In this document: in pieces, positions 7,798 through 12,624 of the stretch | Numbering within the stretch: position 1 is the stretch's first letter | Layout of the letters: each line of letters starts with the position of its first letter | Translations under genes and position numbers: made by a program | Assembly: GCA_021399395.1 (NCBI GenBank) | Contig: JAAFKJ010000019.1 | Span: 1-12,624 of the forward strand | Source: Candidatus Heimdallarchaeota archaeon | GTDB taxonomy: Archaea; Asgardarchaeota; Heimdallarchaeia; Heimdallarchaeales; Heimdallarchaeaceae | Direction: 5' to 3' | Length of the DNA: 12,624 bases | Notes under the pieces: model-generated | Databases searched by the model: none | What the model saw: the letters and a program-made list of their open reading frames with translations, nothing else | What the model was told of the DNA's origin: nothing

Positions 7798-7815
7798 TGT
7801 GAAAAATAGCAACCC

Positions 7816-7823
7816 AATATAAA
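7816..7823 (-). promoter_or_regulatory. Putative TATA box for the DUF362 gene
   Basis: TTTATATT preceded by purine-rich GAAAGTAA (BRE-like), 28-35 nt upstream of ATG 7788. Confidence 0.4.
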
Positions 7824-7861
7824 TTACTTTCTTTTCAATTTTGTATTCGAAAATAGTAGAA

Positions 7862-7868
7862 TTTAAAA
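7862..7868 (+). promoter_or_regulatory. Putative TATA box for the amidohydrolase gene
   Basis: TTTAAAA preceded by purine-rich AGTAGAA, 23-29 nt upstream of ATG 7891 (leaderless geometry). Confidence 0.45.
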
Positions 7869-7890
7869 CTATATGAGAAAATATTGGTTC

Positions 7891-9450
7891 ATGACTAAAC
7901 AACTCTTTGCGGATTTTGTGATTCTAAGTGCAAATATTTGGACGATGAATAAAGAGAAACCAAAAGCTGAAGCTATAGCGATTTATCAAGATACTATTAT
8001 GAAAGTTGGTAGCAATGAGAAAATAGAGGATTTAGTAGGTTCAGAAACTAAAGTGATTGCACTTAACGGAGAAAGTATTCTTCCTGGATTCATTGACGCT
8101 CATACACATATTGCATGGAATGGAATGGATAAAGTGTACTTGGATTTAGGACCTACTAAAAGTTTACAAGAAGCTGTTGATTTTGTCCAAAATGACATAA
8201 AAACAAGAGAACCAGGCGAATGGGTAATAGGGCGATCATGGGATCAAAGTGATTGGCCAGAGCAGAGGTATATAACAGCTGAAGATTTGGATCCTATAAG
8301 TCCAGAAAATCCTGTTATCTTAAGGCATGTTTCGGGTCATTTTGAAACTGTAAATACTCTCGGTTTTAAACGGCTAAATCTTGATAAAAACCAAACAGGA
8401 GTTGATTTAGATGATGAAGGTAATCCTGTTGGTACCTTAAGAGATATTGATCTCTCGGATAAACAAGAAATACGTCCTAAGTTTGACGACTTTATCAAAG
8501 GTTTGAATTATGGGATGGAGGAGTGTTTGAGTTTAGGTATAACTTCTGTTCATGATAATATCACTTTTGAAAATCTTCCAGCTTATAAATACCTATCAGA
8601 AAAAAATGAATTATTGATTAGAGTGTATGGAATTATTTACGAAGATATGATAGATGATGCAATAAAACTAGGTTTAGACAGATCATTTGGAGATAAGTGG
8701 TTCAGGATTGGAGCTTGTAAACTTATGACAGATGGTGCAATGAGCTCTAGAACCGCCTACTTGTATGAAGATTATTCAGATATGGAAAATGAGAAAGGAT
8801 TTGCTCTTTATGATGAACAGAAATTAGATGAAATGGTAAGTAAAGTGCATAACGCTAATCTCCAAATCGCCGCTCATGCAATTGGCGACAAAGCAATTGC
8901 TAATCTCATTACAGCTATTATGAAAAACATTGACCCTGAGGAATGTAAGCAAGCTTTGCATAGAATTGAACATGCTGAGCTATTACTACTTGAAGATGTA
9001 GAACGATCAAAAGAGTACGGTTTAGTTTATTCTATGCAACCTAATTTCGTTTGGAGATGGGGAATGGTTGGAGTAAATGGAATGTACGAGCAAAGGGTGG
9101 GAATAGATCGAACAATGATTAACAATCCATTTCGATGGGTTTTAGATAATGATCTAATAGTTGTCTTTGGTAGTGATGGGATGCCTTTGGGTCCATTATA
9201 CGGTATCAAAGGGGCTATCTATCATCCAAATGAAAAATTAAGATTATCTCTTGAAGAAGCTATCAGATGCTATACACTTTATCCAGCGATCGTATCTCGA
9301 GAGGAAAAACTGAAGGGTTCAATTGAGGAAGGAAAACTAGCTGATTTAGTTATTTTAAGTCTCAATTTAGATTCAATTAAACTAGAAGAATTTCACGATG
9401 TAGAAGTAAAACGCACAATTGTTGGCGGTAAAGTAGCTTACGAAAAATAA
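7891..9450 (+). CDS. YtcJ-like metal-dependent amidohydrolase (Amidohydro_3)
   Basis: PGFIDAHTH, GITSVHD, KLMTDGAMSSRTA, AHAIGD, RIEHAE, SMQP, FGSDG, KGSIEEGKLADLVIL. ATG 7891 preferred over 7873 on promoter spacing. Confidence 0.9.
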   Translation: MTKQLFADFVILSANIWTMNKEKPKAEAIAIYQDTIMKVGSNEKIEDLVGSETKVIALNGESILPGFIDAHTHIAWNGMDKVYLDLGPTKSLQEAVDFVQNDIKTREPGEWVIGRSWDQSDWPEQRYITAEDLDPISPENPVILRHVSGHFETVNTLGFKRLNLDKNQTGVDLDDEGNPVGTLRDIDLSDKQEIRPKFDDFIKGLNYGMEECLSLGITSVHDNITFENLPAYKYLSEKNELLIRVYGIIYEDMIDDAIKLGLDRSFGDKWFRIGACKLMTDGAMSSRTAYLYEDYSDMENEKGFALYDEQKLDEMVSKVHNANLQIAAHAIGDKAIANLITAIMKNIDPEECKQALHRIEHAELLLLEDVERSKEYGLVYSMQPNFVWRWGMVGVNGMYEQRVGIDRTMINNPFRWVLDNDLIVVFGSDGMPLGPLYGIKGAIYHPNEKLRLSLEEAIRCYTLYPAIVSREEKLKGSIEEGKLADLVILSLNLDSIKLEEFHDVEVKRTIVGGKVAYEK

Positions 9451-9465
9451 TCTTGCTCTGATCAA

Positions 9466-10578
9466 TTAAAACTGTTTAATGATGATGGTAATTACATCTC
9501 CATCTTGGACAATATGATCTAATCCAACTCTCTGAAATGGATGTTTAGTGCTCTTTCCTGAGACTACAGCATAACGAAATTGCCTTTTGAATTTTCTGTG
9601 AATCTTATTACAAACATCCTTGATACTTGAGTCTCTTTTAACAATTAATGGTTCTTCGTAATCAGTTTTTGCTCTTTGTTTTTTCAAATATACCTGAATG
9701 AGCTCTAACTCATCTATTATTCTGTCCTTCAGCAACTCCAGATTTTCTTCTTCTAAAGCACTAATAAAAACTGCATTAGGTAGTTTCCTTTTCAAAGAAG
9801 CAAGTTTTCTAGATGATAGTAGGTCTATTTTGTTGACAACAACCAGTAGTTTAGGATAAACTCTATTGCCTTCAAGAACGTCTATTAAATCATCCATTGT
9901 TGGATCTCCCCTTACAGTTACGGCAGCATTCATAACTTTGTATTCTCGAAGTATATCAATGAAGGTTTTTTCAGACATATGAGTCAATCTAAATAAAGTG
10001 GAAAGAGCTATACCACCTCTATCTTTTTTCACTATTTTAATATCTGGTCGTATTTTACCGGGACGAATCGCTACTTTGCTCAATTCATCAATTATTTTTT
10101 CATAAATATTTAAAGGATTATTCCTCTCAAGTAGAATAACGATAAGATCAGAGCTTCGTGCTACTGCTAAAATCTCTCTCCCTCTTCCTTTGCCTTTACT
10201 TGCTTCCTCTATTATACCTGGTAAGTCAATTAATTGTATTTGAGTTCCCCTATGTTCTAATATACCCGGAATAGCTTTAGTTGTAGTAAAATCATAATGA
10301 CCTATTTTTGAAGCTTTACTCGTAATTTTTGTGAGTACCGTTGATTTGCCTGTTGAGGGAAAACCTATAAGCACTGCTGAACCATCACCCGCCTTTTTTA
10401 CGTCAAAACCATAACTTGGACCAGACTTTGATGAAGCTATTAGGTCAAGTTTTTTTCTTCGTAATTTGGCGATTTTAGATTTTAGAACACCAGTATGCTT
10501 CTCTGTAGATTTGTTTTTTGGTGTTTCTCTAAGTTCATCTTCAAGTTTGGTGATTTTTTCATCAATAGTGGAACTCAT
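9466..10578 (-). CDS. drg: DRG/Rbg family OBG-type GTPase with C-terminal TGS domain
   Basis: 370 aa. N-terminal TPKNKSTEKH..LKSKIAKLR, G1 GFPSTGKS, G2 YDFTT, G3 DLPG, G4 NKID, G5 ISA, TGS end QRVGLDHIVQDGDVITI. Confidence 0.95.
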   Translation of the reverse strand: MSSTIDEKITKLEDELRETPKNKSTEKHTGVLKSKIAKLRRKKLDLIASSKSGPSYGFDVKKAGDGSAVLIGFPSTGKSTVLTKITSKASKIGHYDFTTTKAIPGILEHRGTQIQLIDLPGIIEEASKGKGRGREILAVARSSDLIVILLERNNPLNIYEKIIDELSKVAIRPGKIRPDIKIVKKDRGGIALSTLFRLTHMSEKTFIDILREYKVMNAAVTVRGDPTMDDLIDVLEGNRVYPKLLVVVNKIDLLSSRKLASLKRKLPNAVFISALEEENLELLKDRIIDELELIQVYLKKQRAKTDYEEPLIVKRDSSIKDVCNKIHRKFKRQFRYAVVSGKSTKHPFQRVGLDHIVQDGDVITIIIKQF

Positions 10579-10788
10579 GGGATTCCCGTCCTAATTACTT
10601 AATTTTAGATGACTCACTCAAAACACTATTTAGATTTAACTATTAAAGTGGATGGTTTTCGCACAGTTGATGAAGCATTTGCTTAAGCTAATAACAATAA
10701 CTCTTGATGAAACAAAACAATAATTGGTGTATTATGCATTAATGCTTTATAAATCTTTTACTCATTTTATTGTTTATCAAGCAGTATA

Positions 10789-10796
10789 TTTAAATA
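10789..10796 (+). promoter_or_regulatory. Putative TATA box for the ArsR-type gene
   Basis: TTTAAATA within the palindrome TATTTAAATA (10787-10796), about 45 nt upstream of TTG 10841, leaving room for an SD-containing leader. Confidence 0.4.
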
Positions 10797-10826
10797 ATCA
10801 TTACTTTAACATAAAACTGAATTTAC

Positions 10827-10832
10827 GGGGTG
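10827..10832 (+). promoter_or_regulatory. Shine-Dalgarno-like GGGGTG
   Basis: 8 nt before the in-frame TTG at 10841. Confidence 0.55.
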
Positions 10833-10840
10833 GTTTAAAA

Positions 10841-11122
10841 TTGACCGAAATTTTAGAATTAAGCGATGAAAAACAAATAATAGCACTAGCAAAAGCCTTA
10901 TCTTCACCAACAAGGTTCAACATAGTTAAATTGCTACTAGATAAGGAAATGGACATTTCTAGCATTGCAAAGAGGATGAAACAAACAGAAGCAAATACTT
11001 CTGCTCAGATTAAATATCTGGAAAAGGCCGGAATGCTTGATTCAAGATATGAACCTGGGGCACATGGTGTTAGAAAGGTCTGTAAAACTAAAGTGAAGAA
11101 AGTAATTCTCAACATCCTTTAG
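10841..11122 (+). CDS. ArsR/SmtB-like winged helix-turn-helix transcriptional regulator
   Basis: 93 aa from TTG 10841. KALSSPTRFNIVKLL, MDISSIAKRMKQTEANTSAQIKYLEKAGML, wing PGAHGVRKVC. The extra 39 codons in the ORF track look like promoter DNA. Confidence 0.88.
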   Translation: MTEILELSDEKQIIALAKALSSPTRFNIVKLLLDKEMDISSIAKRMKQTEANTSAQIKYLEKAGMLDSRYEPGAHGVRKVCKTKVKKVILNIL

Positions 11123-11125
11123 TTT

Positions 11126-11665
11126 TCATTTCTTTTTCCCTACAAAAGCTAGATCCTCTATAGAGAGCTTCCAACTTTTATCAACACTAAATCCTATTTT
11201 AATCAGTATATCTACTAGTTTCTCTTCTTCAAAGATTTTCGTTAAAACGGTTATAGCTATCGTTCCATCATTGTTAAGAATTCTAAATCCTTCTGATAAG
11301 GATGGACTTGGGGATTCAGGATTTTGTAAAATTGAGAAATAAAAAGCTGTGTCACAACAGTTTTGTCTAAATGGGAGAGATTCACTATCGGCACAGACGA
11401 AATTTCCATCCTTACATTTTGTTTTTCCCACTTTGAGCATTTCAAAGGACAGATCGCTGATGATTATATTCTGTTTGAGTTCTTTCAAGTGTTCTAAGAG
11501 GAGACCAGTACCTCCTCCTATATCGAAAATTAAGCTAGATTTAGTTAGATCTATCTCAGGTATAACCTCTCTATATTTAGCAAATTGAATGTCTTTGTAA
11601 CGTCTATCGTAAACTTCAGCTGTTTCATTGTATCGACGTGCTGCTTCGAACTTTTTACTATTCAT
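11126..11665 (-). CDS. Class I SAM-dependent methyltransferase (Methyltransf_11-like)
   Basis: 179 aa. Motif I FDIGGGTG, acidic SDLSFEML, CADSESLPF, EGFRILNNDG. Confidence 0.9.
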   Translation of the reverse strand: MNSKKFEAARRYNETAEVYDRRYKDIQFAKYREVIPEIDLTKSSLIFDIGGGTGLLLEHLKELKQNIIISDLSFEMLKVGKTKCKDGNFVCADSESLPFRQNCCDTAFYFSILQNPESPSPSLSEGFRILNNDGTIAITVLTKIFEEEKLVDILIKIGFSVDKSWKLSIEDLAFVGKKK

Positions 11666-11690
11666 CTAAATAACATTATATTAGAAAAGA

Positions 11691-11699
11691 ATTTTAAGT
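11691..11699. promoter_or_regulatory. Central TATA-like element of a compact bidirectional promoter
   Basis: TTTTAAGT on + (preceded by BRE-like GAAAAGAA), 21-28 nt before ATG 11720. It reads CTTAAAAT on -, 26-33 nt before ATG 11665. Confidence 0.4.
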
Positions 11700-11719
11700 C
11701 ATACTCTTACAACATATTA

Positions 11720-12616
11720 ATGGCTGGTACCTTACGTGGAGCTAGAGTTCTAAAAGATCTATCTAATATGGACTTCAGAGTATTAAATATGATAGAGACG
11801 CTTTTGCGTAAGGGTGAATATGCTCCTGTTGATAAAATTGTTACATATTCCAAATATAGAGATAAGGATGTAGATTTAATCCTGTCAAAATTGAACAAAC
11901 TAAAACTCATCCGAAGATGGTCAGGAGGTTTTATAGGATATTCATTATCTATAGCTGGTTTTGATGCACTAGCCTTGAACACTTTGTATAACAAGAAGAT
12001 TGTTTATGGAGTTGGCAATTCTCGAGGTGTTGGAAAAGAGAGTGATATTTATCATGCAATAGACTTTGAAAATAATGAAATTATAATCAAAATAAATAGA
12101 ACTGGAAGAGCAAGTTTCAAACAGATAAAAAGAAAGAGAGACTTTCTTAAAGGAAGATTCCACTATTCAATATTTTCAACCTCTACAATCTCTGCAAAAA
12201 GAGAATTTGAGATACTTACAAAACTCAAAGATCAAAATTTACCTGTTCCTGACATTAAAGGTTACAATAGACATATTATTGCTATGAATGTAGTAGAAGG
12301 AGTAGAGCTGATTAATGCTAGAGAGCTTCGAAAACCAATAAAAGTTCTTGAAACAGTTATTGAATTCGCAAAAACACTCTATCAAAAATATGGTTTAGTT
12401 CATGCTGATCTCACTGAATATAACATTCTATATGATGAAAGGACAGAACAAGTTACTGTAATTGATTTTCCTCAAGCTGTTGATATTGATCATCCTGATG
12501 CAGAAGTGTTCTTGAGAAGAGATTTCATCCATTTCTTGGATTACTTTGGTAAGAAATGGGGAGTGAGTACAGATGATCATGAAACTGTCATCGAATATAT
12601 AATTGGGAAGAAATGA
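11720..12616 (+). CDS. rio2: Rio2 atypical protein kinase/ATPase (small ribosomal subunit maturation)
   Basis: 298 aa from ATG 11720. N-terminal wHTH (DFRVLNMIE..GYSLSIAGFDALAL), P-loop GVGKESDIY, AKREFEIL, catalytic HADLTEYNIL, IDFPQ. Confidence 0.93.
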   Translation: MAGTLRGARVLKDLSNMDFRVLNMIETLLRKGEYAPVDKIVTYSKYRDKDVDLILSKLNKLKLIRRWSGGFIGYSLSIAGFDALALNTLYNKKIVYGVGNSRGVGKESDIYHAIDFENNEIIIKINRTGRASFKQIKRKRDFLKGRFHYSIFSTSTISAKREFEILTKLKDQNLPVPDIKGYNRHIIAMNVVEGVELINARELRKPIKVLETVIEFAKTLYQKYGLVHADLTEYNILYDERTEQVTVIDFPQAVDIDHPDAEVFLRRDFIHFLDYFGKKWGVSTDDHETVIEYIIGKK

Positions 12617-12624
12617 AGGTGGCA
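12613..12624 (+). CDS. Possible start of the next gene (MKVA...) overlapping the rio2 stop as ATGA
   Basis: ATG AAG GTG GCA; only 4 codons visible. The same bases could instead be an SD (AGGTG) for a start beyond the window. Confidence 0.25.

Noticed and set aside
7798-7902. N-terminal extensions making DUF362 and the amidohydrolase overlap
   Set aside because: Longest-ORF artefact; the region looks like a divergent promoter.
10667-10730. Box C/D sRNA (two TTGATGA C-like boxes at 10667 and 10704)
   Set aside because: Only a degenerate D' (CTAA) and no CTGA D box at the expected distance; the nearest downstream CTGA is at 10817.
9027-12163. ORFs 9027-9209, 11257-11445, 11349-11588, 11707-11994, 11969-12163 and the 11585 extension of rio2
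   Set aside because: Nested in or antisense to confident genes; the Rio2 domain starts after ATG 11720.
1-12624. CRISPR array, tRNA/rRNA, IS element, prophage or defence system
   Set aside because: No regularly spaced repeats, no GC-rich structural RNA, no transposase, integrase or defence-type genes; intergenic gaps are short.

Overview
AT-rich, gene-dense archaeal chromosomal window, probably from an Asgard archaeon (inferred from a partial EAP30/Vps22-36-like gene plus archaeal-type Rio2, DRG GTPase and TATA-like promoters). Gene order: partial ESCRT-II-like EAP30 gene (-, runs off the left edge, absent from the ORF track); KH-less beta-CASP ribonuclease (+); stand-alone 3-hexulose-6-phosphate synthase (+); ABC-2 exporter of two permeases and an ATPase (-); MFS transporter (-); DUF362 protein (-); YtcJ-like amidohydrolase (+); DRG/Rbg GTPase (-); small ArsR-type wHTH regulator (+); class I SAM methyltransferase (-); Rio2 kinase (+). 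I saw no rRNA, tRNA, CRISPR array or mobile element. Best leads: the EAP30-like gene; a 20-position strand-specific hairpin in front of the ribonuclease gene; a probable ATT start codon in the ABC operon; a methyltransferase with some Bud23 resemblance head-to-head with rio2; and an MFS with a ~30-residue sequon-bearing TM1-TM2 loop insertion. All family calls come from motif recognition and recalled sequences, not database searches.
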